A DNA stretch of 54,031 nucleotides, counting the filler, from Jimgerdemannia flammicorona (Eukaryota): assembly GCA_003990765.1 (NCBI GenBank). It is 2 parts of 2 records of this genome, joined end to end, with 100 filler letters (N's around TTAATTAATTAA, not from the genome) between each part and the next. Parts side by side here need not be neighbours in the genome. Positions count along the whole stretch, not along the records: positions 27,075 to 54,031 come from RBNJ01000675.1; 1 more part is not named here. One strand, given 5' to 3'. Positions 35,833 to 48,910 of the stretch are shown one piece after another. Numbering within the stretch: the first letter of the stretch is position 1; each line of letters opens with the position of its first letter. The notes below the pieces were generated by a model, which saw nothing but the letters and a program-made list of their open reading frames with translations, ran no database searches and was not told where the DNA came from. Made by a program: the position numbers and the translations under genes.

Positions 35833-38685
35833 TGTAAATACTATAGTTGTCAGCTTAGTTACCCTATTAATATAAGAATTGTATAAATATTCTATAGTCA
35901 AAAAAAAAAAGAATATAGATAGTAAATATCTACTAAATAGTAAATATTTACCAAATAGTAAATATTTTTTAAAAGTTAATATCTATCTCTCTCTTTATAA
36001 ATAACAATTTATAGTTAGCTATATAGTAATTAGATAGTAACTATAACTGTATAAAATATCTCAGAGATAAGTGTAAACAAACATTAGTCTGAAATTCCAA
36101 ATATTTTTTCACTCTAGTTTACTTTCTAATATAAAGAGAAGAGTTTGAAAATTAAAAGCAAAAACCAATTATCTGGTATATCTAGAAGGAGAAATCTGCT
36201 ATGAGCTATTGCTAAAAAGTTATGAGCTTTGCTATATTTTTACTCTGGTTCACTTTTTGATATAAAGTCTAAGATTTGCTACTGAGTAAAGAACTTTGCT
36301 AATGTTTGAAAAGAAGAGATACTATTCAATAAGTCTGTCTGTATCTTATTACAAAGCTAGTAGATCTGATATAACTTTGCAGTAAACTTATCTTCATACA
36401 AATGAAGCTAGTATTAAATATAATATTACTTAAGAATCTGAATTATTTAAAAGATCTGCTAATTCAGAAAGAATCTACATTATCTGAGTTATTATTCAAG
36501 AAGTCTGCCAATTTAGATGAATCTATATTATCTGAGTTATTTACTAAATTTGCCAGTCTGTTACTTATTAATAAATACCACCAATTCACTATATTATATA
36601 GAAATTATATACTTTTGGAAATTGTTATATTATATAGAGATTGTCTATTATACTACTAAATATTAAGAAGAATACTAGAAAACATTAAATTTTGCTTTTT
36701 GACAAAGTAACTAAAGCTCAAGTTAAACTATTCAAATCCCTCAATCTTATAATTTACCTCTATTGAGTCAGCATATTATATCTGAGAACTCAACTGAGAA
36801 ATCTTTTTTTAAATCTATTCAATCTTCTAGCTCACAGAATCTAATAGTCAAACTGAATATATTTGATACAATACTAATCTCTGTTACTATAAAAGAATAA
36901 GTCATTACTAGTATTTGAATAAAAAAAAAAATATTTACCTTAAGACTTATCAATTATTTAGTATCAGAAGGATCCCAATCAGAAACTATTATAGAACAGA
37001 ATCCTCAACCAGTACTAACAGACTTACTACTAGGAGACTTGATTTAATCAGATCTACTAGATCAATCAGATCAATCAGATAATATAGATAGCTCTGACAG
37101 AAACTTCATTAAGCTTGTACCAAAATTGGAAGATTTTATTATACAATCTTGGTTTCTCTCTAAATTCCCACCAGTCTCTTCCATCAAACTACTACTAGGA
37201 CCAGCAACCACAGAATCAAATGAATTAAGAATAGTCTCTTCAAGGATACCCAGACTTACTGCATTTAGCTCAAGATTAATAATACTATTATTAGGATACC
37301 CAAGTATTCTAAGCTCTAGTAATAACTTACAATGTAAATCAAAATCAGAATTAGAATCAGAAAACAGAGATGATGAAATAGCCACCTTATTTCTAATCTT
37401 TACAGGATATTCAGAAGAAGTCTTGAGAGAATTCCTTAATTAAATTGAAGAAATTAAAGTCTTAAAGAATCTCTCTGTCTAGTAAAACGTTTTCATCTAT
37501 AAGGCTCAACTCAGGAAACTAGTCAAGAGAATTTTCAATATAGTAAGTAATATATATTAAGATCTTAGAACAGCCATCCATATAGCACCAATCTTAGAAA
37601 TAGAAAATGAAGCCAAAATCTACTAACTCATTAAGAAATATATTGAAAAAAAATCTATTATAAGACTTAAGAATCTATCATAGAGATAAAGATGAATCTC
37701 AGAGAATTATTCCGGATATTTATAACTATAATTCAGAAAAGAATATATATAACTAGGTTCAATTCTACCAACTAAGACATTATAGGTCTAATGATCTTTA
37801 TAAATAAGATCTCTATAAATATTGCCCAGTATATCTATACTCTGAAAATTAGAAAGTCTGAAAAATAAGTAGATATACCCTAAAGATTATTTAATGTCAG
37901 ATAAGAAACTACCTGTAGTGATTATGATAAAAAGGATGATAAGGCAGACCTCCTAATTAAGAATATGAAAATCAGAAAAAGAAAGCCAGTCAAGGAGTAG
38001 AAGAAAGAGAGAAATAAAATCTAAGATCTCAACTCTAAGTTGGACCAATTGGTTAGGCAAATCAAAAAACTCATCATACATGAAAAGTGAAGCTATCAAT
38101 AGGATAACAGTATATATTATGAAGAAACCAAGATTATCTACTCAGAGATTACAGAAGCTACCAGCTATAAGAAGGAAGAAAGTATCTAGTCTGAGAAAGG
38201 CTCAAATCCAATACTTTTACTGTAGATAGTTTGGACACTATATGCTATAGAATATAATATAGAAAAAGTGAAAGAAACTCAGAACTATCAAATTGAAAGA
38301 ATGAATGCTCAGTATAAGAAGACTGAAGTAAACTCTATTAAAGACTTTAAAGAAGAAAGTAACAGTGAAGACTACAGTGACCTAGATCTATACCTAATCA
38401 AGATTATTATCAAAACTATCTATCTAGCTAAGAAAAGAAAGTGATAAGTAAGAAGACCATCCAGAAATATCAGTAGAAAAATCCTCTAGAAAGAAAACAA
38501 AGAAGATAAAGAGGAGCAAGTTGAGATACCTTCTAGGGCTCCCTCATCTTTTGTCTCTGAAACAAATAAACTCCTACCAGAGAATAAATAAATAAAATAA
38601 GAAAAACAAAAGCCCTTTATTTCCAAGCTCAAAAAGAAGTACACTCTGAAGACTATATCTAGAGATATCTATAATAAAATGAAGG
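35833..38685 (+). mobile_element. Old degenerate copy of the long-LTR retroelement (5' LTR ending 36780, eroded PBS, gag)
   Basis: GCATATTATA TCTGAGAACTCAACTGAGAA at 36771-36800 aligns to GCATGTTACA TTTGGGGGCTCAACTGGGAA at 48881-48910. ORF 37126..37443 aligns to 49249..49650. Left boundary approximate. Confidence 0.8.
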
Positions 38686-41600
38686 CAAGATAGATGTCTC
38701 TCTCCTATAGCTTAACTGACATCTGCTAGGGAGGTTTAGGAGGATATAGAGATAAGGAGTATATATAGGGTCTGATTTGAAGTATCTATTATGGTGAAGA
38801 ATGGGTCTGATTTAGAGTATCTATTAGGGTGAAGGGTGGGTATGTAATTGGGTTGAGGAAGATGAGCTGTAGAATGTTTAGAAGATAGAGTGAGATAAGT
38901 CTGCAAGTACTAGTGCTGAAGTAACAATATAGAGAAGAAGAGACCAATAACCCCTGATGGGAAGAATATTGATAACTTGTACTCAATAATTAAGATGAGG
39001 GATAATTTGACTACAGAGGAGCTGGGAGAAGTGAACTTGCAAATTATCAAAGGAGTAATGGGTGAGAGTATGGAAAGTAATAAAAAAGTTGGGAAATTGA
39101 AGATGGAGATATTGGCTATATTCCTGAAGGAGGAGGGTTATAAAGTTGATATAGTGAGGAAAGCTGAATTGGTAGAAGTAGCTAAGGAATATGCTGTCTT
39201 CTGGTAGAAGCAAGGATATGAATTAAAGCTTTGGCAGAAGGTATATGCTACTATAAAGAGAAGATGGAGGCCAAGGATGACAAGGTAATAGCTGAGATAC
39301 TAGCTGAATTAGAGATAGTGCTCTGAATGAGCTAATTCAGATCAGATTTGAATCTCATCTAGTTGAGAAAATGAGCTAATCTGGATTAATTTGAATCAAC
39401 CATTGTTTTGATTTCCAAATTAGACAATTAAATATTTACCTCAATAACTTGATGAATAATTATCCAATTTTGATAATCTTGGTATCATTTGAAAGCTCTT
39501 AATAAGGCCTTTCTAATGATAGCAATAAAATTGAAATTGTATCATACATTATTGAGTTATGAAGAAAAACATCTGATTCACCAATTTTGAAAATCATTTG
39601 ACTTACTGATTTTGAAAATTCTTCAAAAGAATGTTTTCCTTTATAGCTCAGCAATTTATAATCTAATTTTAATGGTCTTGATATCATTTTTTTTTATTTT
39701 TTTTTATTATTTTTTTATTATATTCTTGATATCATTAGAAAGGACTTACTAAGGGCTTTCAAGTGACACTAAGATTATTAAAATTGAATGACTATTCTTT
39801 AAGTTATTAATGTAAGTATGTAATTGTCTAATTTGGAAATTAAAATAATGGTTGATTCAAATTGGATCTCGACTAGCTCATTTTCCATCTGAGTTGATCT
39901 GGTCGAGATTTAATCTGAATCTAGTCCAAATCCAATCTAGTTAAAATTGACTTATTCAGAGCACTAATTAGAAGTAAGAAAGATTGAAGAGAAAGAGACT
40001 AGTGTAGAATATAGACTAAACTTGATGCAAGAGAAGCTGAGTATAGAACTGTTTGGAGATTGAGAATACTTCATAATATTATTTTACTATAACTGAATGT
40101 AAATGGTCTAAGGGGCTCTGTAAGGTATCAGAATATTTTTGCTTAGCTGACAATATTGAATATAAACTATTTTCTATTGCAGGATATATACTGTAAAGGA
40201 GATTAAAATGGGCAGAAATAGGTCAAGAAATGGGATAGCATAGTAGTTTGGAGGGATAAGGTAGGGATTCTGGTTCAGAATGATAGAGGAGATCTTATAA
40301 AGTTGGGGGTTGGGGAGACTGCTAGGTTGGAGAGAGTTGTAGACATCTGGGTGAGAGCTAGTTATGATCAGCTCTTGCTATTATCCAGTGATAATGAGTG
40401 ACAGAGTGGTCTAGATGAATGGTCTTCACAAGTGTGGCACACTTGCAGAGACTGGTGTAGATGTACTTGGTGGAGATTTCAACATAATGCAAAATATACT
40501 ATTGGACAGATCTGATGTAGAGAGGAGTACTATAGGTAGGAGTGGTGGTCCAGATGTCTGAGAGGTGGTAGAATATCTACGTTTTTTAGTAGATACTAAT
40601 AGAGTATTGTGAGAAGACTGGAGGTTTACACCTACTGAGTAAATGAGTAGATGAGGATCAAATAGATGCTAATTACCAACTCCTGAAGAATAGATCTCTG
40701 GATAGATCTTGAGGTTAAGTAGTATCCATGGTCAGCTTATTGGAGACTTGGTCAATTTGGGGGAAGTAGAGATAAGTCTAGACATTGATACTTTAATTTT
40801 TTCTTGCTGGTAGAGATAGAGTTGTGAGAGACTTGAGTGAAGGACATTGGGTTAAAGATTATCTACAAAACTATGAAGAGTCTTCTGTGGGGGTCTGCTG
40901 GATAAAGTTGAAGGAGGTTATTAGGTTGTATTAAAGTGAAACCAGTAGATTCCAAGGGATATAATAGAGATAGAAAGTAAGGTAGGCTTCCCATTAGATG
41001 GAGGTATTGTAGCTGAATTGGGCCAATTTATTAAGTCCAGAGGCTATAGTGGATTGGAGACTAGAATGAGCTCAAATAGAGGTGAAATAGTTGAAGAAGA
41101 TATTGAGAGAGAAGTAGAAGACTTGAGTATAGAGTATGGTGGCTCAGTTATAGTAATAGAAGCTTGAAGAAGGCATGAGGCATACTAAGTATTTGACTAG
41201 GCTTCTTTAGAAAATGAGGGTAAGGTAGTAGTAAGATAGTGTGTTAGATGAGAAAGGTACTTTGATCAATGAGATAGAGTATTAGATAAGAAGAATGCCT
41301 TGGTAAATAGAATATGGTAGATTTTAGATTCTTTAAAGGATCATTGGAGAGGTCTATAGAGTGAGAAGAAAGAGGATATAGATAAGGAGGCTATTGGATA
41401 CTCTCTGGAGGACTGGTACTCTCTACAGATTAATACTCTTGAGGACCTGATGCTGCCAGTCCAGGAGATCGAAATTTTGTATGTTTTTTCAGCAATGAAA
41501 TTAGATACAGCTTCTAGTGAGAATGGCCTTCTCTAGAACTTTTGAAAGAAGATAGTGGGAGTTCTGAGAGTAGTGAGAGGGATGATAGCACTTTATAACT

Positions 41601-43820
41601 TTACTCTTATATACAGAAAATACAGGATCTTAGAATGGTAGCACTATTTTAAAAAGATAAAAGTAGATAGTAGATTTGAAAGAATTAGATACCAATTATA
41701 CTTCAGGATATAGATAGAAAGTAGGTCACTAAAATGATTATTATAAGGCTGTAGAGACAGATATATATTAGATACTGAGAAATAGAGCTTATTAGAGACA
41801 GACTAATTAGAGAGGAGATGGTATAGATATAGTATCATTGAGAAGGTTTGAACCTGTGAGCTGAATAGGAGATTGGTCTTCCCAGATCAGAAGAAAATCT
41901 ATTACTGGGTTTGGTAAGTTTGGCTGGAGATAGTATTATAGAGAATTAGTGTCTCTCACTAGTTTCAAGTATTAATAATTAGTCTATTAGAGGGCAGTAG
42001 AGCAGTGATTTTGTGTAATAACAATCATAGTGCTATATTTCCTTTAGAGAAAGGAGTTCCCCAGTGAGACCTACTGTTTTCTATCTTATATATTTTATTC
42101 TTGGAGCTGTTAATAGACAGGATTTGCTATGTGATGTTGAGGCTACTAGTCCTAGAGATGGTCTAGAAGGTTGAGGTCTTTAGTAGTTGACCTTAACTCT
42201 ATAGCTAATATAGATATACTGAGAGAGGCTGTGAATTAGTATAAGGAGCACTCCGGAGTAAAGCTTAATTGATACAAGTATGAGATAATAGTGCTGAAAA
42301 ATAGTTTGATAGATAGAGATACTATTAAAACTATTATTCTATCTGAGAAGATTGTGTAGTATCTGAGTATTTTCTGTCAGTATACAGATTAGTCATGCCC
42401 AGAGCTTGATGAGAAAGGAAGGTGGTGAAATAGAGAGATATTCTTTAGCATTGGAGGGAATATCATATTTCTCTTACTGGGCAGATATCAATCTTAAATA
42501 TCTACTAGCTGCTAAAGCTCTGATATCTTGTATACTATTTTAATTTTCCTACATAAGTAGTGAATAGGTTGTTGAAGATGGCTAAGAACTGAATTTGGGC
42601 TGAGAGAAGGAGCCAAATAAGCTAAGATGTCTTAGTAACTCTAGTGGATAGAAGTGAGATCAGCCTGGTGGACTTCTTATAAAGATTGTACTGTCTTAGA
42701 ACTTGGTGGTTGAAGAGAGCTATTGAGCTATAGAGAGGTGAATGGATGTCTTTAATGCAGAGGATCTGGGAGGTCAGGTTCTCTCAAGAGTATCCTCTGG
42801 AGATTTGCTATCTATAGTTGAACTGAGAGATAGTAAGTACTTGAGATACCAGAGATTCTGATATAGGATAGTGAAAGGTACTTATATATTACATTGATTT
42901 ACACTAGTATGGTGATAAGAGAGAGACCCCATAGAGTTATATAATATATAGGTGAGACAGACTTCTCTTGAGTAGTATACTGTTGGTGAACTTTGATATT
43001 AGTAAGAGTATTGAGTGTCAGTTAAGGGTGAGTCAGAATCTGTAACCTTTGGATTAGTAGATAGCAGATATTGTTTATGCTTAAAACTAGACTGGGTCTA
43101 GTCTTAGTATACTGAGGTATAGCAGTGGCTTTCTCCTAAGTTCTGAGTAGTATAGTAGTATGTCTTCAAGAGAAATATTATATTGAACTTCAGTTAGGTC
43201 ACTTGATAGTAGGTGGAAGTTTTAAGTGTGAGGAGTGCTTCGAGGTAAGCAGTAGAGAGAGATGTACAGATGTCTGAACATTGGCTAGATGAGTGTAAGA
43301 TACTTGGTAACTTTTAGAGAATAGTTGGTCACTATCTGGAGATATAGTGATATGCTGATGAAGTAGAGGCTAGATAGAGTAACTAGAAGAATAGGGTGGT
43401 AGAGTATGTTGATAATGAGTAGCTTACTATTGCGAGGGCATTAGTTGTATAGATAAGGTTGGCTGAATACTAGCTATATGTATTTGAGGATGAGAGACAG
43501 ATGGCCTTTGGGAAAAAGATAGCAAGATAGGAGTGACTGATGTTGAATATTCTGACTAGCTTGTGAAAAGAGTGGGACCCTTAGAGAGATTTCCATCAGT
43601 ATCTAATAGAAGTGATTTGTGAGAAGAGTCATAGATGGAGTTGTAGTAGTTAACTATATGGTTATTTTTGAGAGGATGGAAGTAGTGGAAAGGGAGTATA
43701 TTGGGGTAGAGTAGAGTGAGTAGATAGAGTTATAGCTACTGGTATAGTTTAAGAACCATATATTTATTATAGACTAATTAATAAAGGAGTCCTGTAGAAA
43801 AAATAAATAAAATAAAATAA
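38686..43820 (+). mobile_element. 5'-truncated, heavily mutated LINE, copy 5 (ORF1 3' part + ORF2 + A-rich tail)
   Basis: ORF 38977..39207 matches the ORF1 C-terminus (EILAIFLKEEGYKVD). LNVNG near 40095, GGDFN near 40470, A-rich tail at about 43798-43820. Confidence 0.88.
39316..39966. mobile_element. Second, older copy of the hAT-type palindromic MITE
   Basis: TAGTGCTCTGAATGAG...CTTATTCAGAGCACTA, internal sequence matches 730-1261, flanks ATTAGAGA and ATTAGAAG (imperfect 8-bp TSD). Confidence 0.88.
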
Positions 43821-44002
43821 TTAATAGGTTTAGTAATAATAGCTTCGAGAATAAAGAACTGAATATATCTAAGAGAGATATTGATATTTTATACTTCTCT
43901 AAGGAGATGAGTTCAGGCTCTATCTGCTACTATAATACTGAAATTGGATGATCTATTAATGTATCACTAGAGGATATCAAGAAATTATTTAGCAATAATA
44001 CA

Positions 44003-45545
44003 AATAGCTCCTCTTGTATCAATGAGGATTTTCACCTTCTATCCTTCAATATCTCTATATAGGTATATATATGCTGACATCTTTCTATAGCCTGGATAGT
44101 AGTTGGAGCTGGTTCATGTTGTGGGATTGGAACTCAGCCAGTGCTAGACCTGGTGGTTCTCAATAGTTTGCTTCAAACTCTGGTCAGAGTAACAGCTCTC
44201 ACCTTATACTCCACCTTCTCATCTTAGATCTCAAGCACTCTATTATCATACAGTTGCTAGCTCCTTATCTCTCTGCTCACTGCCACACTCTTCATCACCT
44301 CTCCTGCTCTATCTCCAGCTTAAGTACTCATCTTCACTCTATCTGAGCCCTCTTCAGCTCTATTTACAGATCTCTCCTTCATATCTGCCAATAGGTCCAT
44401 CTGCCTCTATCTCTCCTAAGCCTTCTTCCACATCACCTTATCTATACAAATTTATTTTCTATTCACTACCTCTAAGTATATCAACTTATAGGCTCACCAT
44501 ACTACTGCTCAATACTCTACTGAACTACTGAGCTCCTCTAGGACCTCTAGCAGATTTTTCTTCTCCTCCTCACTTCTCTTCACCCTTGTTACCCAATAAA
44601 TAAAAACATTATACATTATTACTGAAGACCAGTTATAAGTATTCTCAGTTATCTCTCTTCTAGCAAGTTAGAGCCAGACATCTACATCTCTACTCCTGAA
44701 TGAGATTACCTCTCAGATCTGAAATTCAATATTCAAAATATTATTATACTTTACTATAACCTCCTTTACTCTCCTTCTTATCTCAATTACTGTTACTGTA
44801 GAAACCCCTTTTACTAGGAGTTGAATCACTCTTAAGTCCTACATACAATCTCAAGTACTGAGCCATTGGTACTACTATTTCACCAACTGCCAACTTATCC
44901 TCAAAACCTTCTCCATTGGCTCTACTTTCTCAAAACCCACCTCAGCCCTCTCTAATCTCTATAGAAACTTCACTAATACTGCTCTAGCCATCTGATTTAC
45001 AATTAAGCCCAAAACTATCTTAGCTATCACTGTAAGTCTCTAGAAGTATAATATATATAATAGTGAATTCTGAGATTGATATTTAGAATAATAGAGCCAC
45101 TGCTAGATCTATTATACTATCTGCCAGATTCTTCTCCCCAATGTATCCCATCTGCCCAGTTCTGCCATCAGTAGTTAGATCTAGATTTTTCATCAGATTC
45201 TCTATTACACTATGATTAGCAGTTATCTTTCTTTTCCTCTCTCTACCCTAGTTGTCTTATATACTCCCAGACTAATCCCTACCTTTATCTTATCAATAAA
45301 ACTCATGACCCCAGCTCTCTACTATCTATATCTAGTAGCTAACTTCTGTCTGACCATCCTTGGCCACTCTCATTACTAAAAAACCCCATTTCTATACTAT
45401 ACTCTCTCTCAATATATTGCCAGTCAAAGGTACTGGATCTACCTGACCTAATATATTTGTCAGATCACCTGTTGATTACAACATTGCTAGTACCTTTTTC
45501 TAATAAACTACTTAAAGATATGTTGTGCAGTTTGTATTATATGAA
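44003..45545 (-). mobile_element. LINE 5' fragment (5' UTR + ORF1 N-terminal two thirds), copy 6, degenerate
   Basis: Collinear with about 4800-6300 (AGAAACTTCAC, CTTCACCCTTG, CAGTCAAAGG...ACATTG...TTTTCTAATAAA). Boundaries approximate. Confidence 0.8.
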
Positions 45546-47150
45546 TATTAGCAAATGCTGTTACTTATAATATTTTTCTTAGTACTAACTAGATGAAGGA
45601 AATGAATATAGTCATTGATATTGGCCAACAAGTACTCAAATTCTACTATAGAGGAAAGAAGTACAATATCAAGATGACCAGCTATAAATAATGAAAAAAG
45701 AAGAAGACCACTATTTAGGAAGAGTATATTAATAGTAAAGAATCTATTATAGAGAAAGAAAAATCTGAAGATAGAAATGATTCTATGAATTAACCTAGCA
45801 GACAATAGTCTAGAAGATAATAAATGGGCTAAAGATATTATCTCTATCATAATTAGAGACATTATAGGACAAGGAAAAGGATATCTCACCTAACTCAAAA
45901 GATATATACAAATGTTCTGAACATTTCTCTAAGATCATTAGAATAAGGAATTTGCCTAATATAGCCTATCTTAAGTATAGAAGAAGAAAGAAGAAATTTA
46001 ACCACTCTCTGAAGATATCTATAACTAAAGCTATAGAAGTATAAGCAACTTAGGGTCAAGAAATATCTGAAGAAAAAATCTGTAAACAAGAAGTTTCCAA
46101 ACAAGAGGAATTCTATAAACTTATCCACTAGAATAACTCTTGCTGGACACTATCAGAAAATGATGATCTCTAGAATACTAAAGTAGAACTAAGCACAGTT
46201 ACTATTTTCTGAAGATAAGAAATACATCAAAAAAGAAACTTTCAGCTAGGAAGATGTCAGTATCAAAAGGTCTTCCACTCTCTCTAAGACTACTATCAGT
46301 ACTACTTATTAGATCAGTAAGAAAGATAAAGACACTGTAGACCTGGATCCTCAATCACAATTGTATAGATATTTAAAATTTAGAAAGATAAGCCAATAGA
46401 TAGGATTCCTTTACCTAAACAGAAGTATGGTTCTTAGTTATACTTTTCTCAATCTATAACAATAATAGATATCAAATCTCAAGACAATAAAATGTTAATA
46501 ATAAAGAACTTTATTTTTGAGTAATGGGAAATTGCTATTATAAAAAATACTCAGATTGCCAAGACTATCTATATTAGAAGATTCACCTCAGCTAAGATAT
46601 TATTATATATATATTTAAGAAAGGAGATGATAGAGCTCAGATCCAAAGAAATCAGACCAAGAGATCAAAGAAGAAGACTCTCAAGATCTATAATCTAGGA
46701 GATGATATTCTAGCCCTTATTATCTCAGACCTTCTGCAATAATAGCATCAACTCTTACTTTATTACTTGACTGCTCTCATCAACCACTAAACTCTAAGAC
46801 AATATAATCTCTTCAGAAAGTCCACCAGACTCAGCTCTCTCTTGTTTACCAGAGTTAATAAGATCTTTCAACTTATTCAACTCTATCTCTCAGTCCAAAT
46901 TCAGATATGAAAACTTTGATAATAGTAAATATTAAGAATCAACACTTATCTGATAAGAGAAATATAGCACCCCCCCCATATCTCCAAAGGGCCTTTCTCT
47001 ATTCTACTATCTTCCTCTATCACTAAGCTCTAGATAAGACTGATCTATATATTAATAAATATATACTCAGATACTATACCACCTCTTTGGCAGAGATAAT
47101 AGTATCTATAATATTTCCACCTATATACCAAATTATTTTCCAGCACTATT
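45546..47150 (+). mobile_element. Degenerate A-rich retroelement sequence, possibly the continuation of the 35833-38685 element
   Basis: Same A-rich strand bias and CpG loss as 37000-38685. No diagnostic motif read. Confidence 0.35.
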
Positions 47151-47151
47151 G

Positions 47152-47386
47152 TTTTTTTTTTTTTTTTTTTTTTCTTTTTTTTTTTTTTTTATTTTTTTTT
47201 TATTTCATTTTTTAGTTGTTTTTCTTTATTAATTAATCTATAACAAATACTTGGTCTCATACTATATCAGTAGCCCCAACTCAATACTACTATATCTTAC
47301 TCTAATATACTCTTAAAAACTACTATATTATTAATCACCTCAATCTGTTCACTACTCTGCTCATATCTCTTCTATCAGATGTCTAT
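47152..47386 (-). mobile_element. LINE 3' end with long poly(A), interrupted by the LTR element at 47387
   Basis: Poly-T at about 47152-47225 followed by sequence matching the reverse complement of the copy 5 3' end (about 43600-43785). Confidence 0.75.
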
Positions 47387-47544
47387 TGTAACAAACCAAA
47401 ATGTACCACTCAAATTATAACTTAGCCAGATGACATGAACAATTAGCATACTTACCCAGCATGATGTGATTTCCAGTATATCATAGTTACTCATACCCAC
47501 CAGACTTATAATTAGTCAGAATACCAGATCAGGGTTGTTTATCT

Positions 47545-47658
47545 GTGTCCTGAGGACACACCTGTGTCTGGCAGATACACTCATGTCCTGCAGACACACT
47601 CATGTCCTACAGACACACTCATGTCCTGCAGATACACCTGTATCCAGAGGACACACCC
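47545..47658. repeat. 19-bp tandem repeat (CACACTCATGTCCTGCAGA-like), about 6 copies, in the LTR upstream of the TATA
   Basis: Directly visible; outer copies diverged. Confidence 0.85.
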
Positions 47659-48423
47659 AAATATTACCAGAAGTAGTAATCTAAAAGTTAGCCACATAGC
47701 AACCACAATGTATAAATTACCCCAGAGACAAGAGTGAATAAACTTCAGTCCAAAAGTCTGAATTCAAAACAAAAGACAAGTCTGCCTATTACACTTTGAG
47801 GGATATGCCTGCCAAAAGCCACTTAATCCAGGAAGGATTGCAACACTTAGGAGAAATGCCAGCTCTACAGCCACTGCTAGGAGATTGTGAGCATTGGTTC
47901 CCCTTTCCACTCCAGTCCACTTTCTGATACAAAGAACGAGTTTGTTTTTGGTTCGCTTGCCAGATAAGCCTGAAGATTTCCGCCTAAGAGAAAGCCACCT
48001 TGCTCAAGCCAGTTTCTGATGCAACTTTGCAGTGAACCTGTTCATGCAAATGAAGCCAGTCTTTGACATAACTTTGCCAAGAGACCCTTTCTCAAAGCCG
48101 CCAGCTGTTCGTATTCCCAGTTGAAGCTGCTGACTCAGAAAAAACTCATGCCATCCGAGTTATTTCCCATTTGAAGCCACCGTTTTTAAGAAGTCCGCCG
48201 ATCAAGAGAACCCGCATCAACCACCGTTTTTGAGTTATTCGCATTCCCAGAGAACCCACGCCACATGAGTTATTATTCCCAGAACCCCGCTGATTCAGGA
48301 AAAGTCCATGACATCCGAGTTATCCGAAGTTATTCGTTGTTCCCAGTGAGCCCGAATTATTGAGTTATCCACCACCAGCATAATTCCCAGTGAGAAGAAG
48401 CCATGCCAAATCAAGTTATCTGT

Positions 48424-48551
48424 CAGAAATCACATACTTTTGAAGATCGTCACGCTACACAAAAAGATCACCACGCAGAAATCACATACTTTTGGAGATC
48501 GTCACGCTACACAAAAAGATCACCACGCAGAAATCACATACTTTTGGAGAT
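48424..48551. repeat. 52-bp tandem repeat, about 2.5 copies, in the LTR
   Basis: CAGAAATCACATACTTTTG starts at 48424, 48476 and 48528. Confidence 0.92.
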
Positions 48552-48892
48552 TGCTGCTGCTCAAGAAGGAAACCACTAAATTGCCAGACTGTCATGCATA
48601 AGGAAGATTGTCACGCTACACACAAAACTCTACCAATTCCCAGTTGACCCAAGAAGGAAACCCATTCGCACACAATTGCTGCTACACCCAGAGAACTGTC
48701 CCAATTAGGTAATTGACATACAAATCAGTCACAGATATCCAGTTTTGACTATTATACCACTAAACACCAACAAGGACCTCAGGAATCTTAGAACATTTTG
48801 TTGCATTTTGACAAAGTAACTAGGGGCTCAAGCCAAACTACACCAATCCCCAACCTTGTAATTTGCCTCCATTGAGCCAGGCATGTTACATT

Positions 48893-48910
48893 TGGGGGCT
48901 CAACTGGGAA
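48893..48910 (+). promoter_or_regulatory. Primer-binding site, probably tRNA-Pro
   Basis: TGGGGGCTCAACTGGGAA directly after the LTR end resembles the tRNA-Pro PBS TGGGGGCTCGTCCGGGAT (14 of 18 match). Confidence 0.65.

Noticed and set aside
47545..48551. 19-bp and 52-bp repeats as a possible CRISPR array
   Set aside because: Head-to-tail units with no unique spacers, inside an LTR in eukaryotic DNA, no cas genes.
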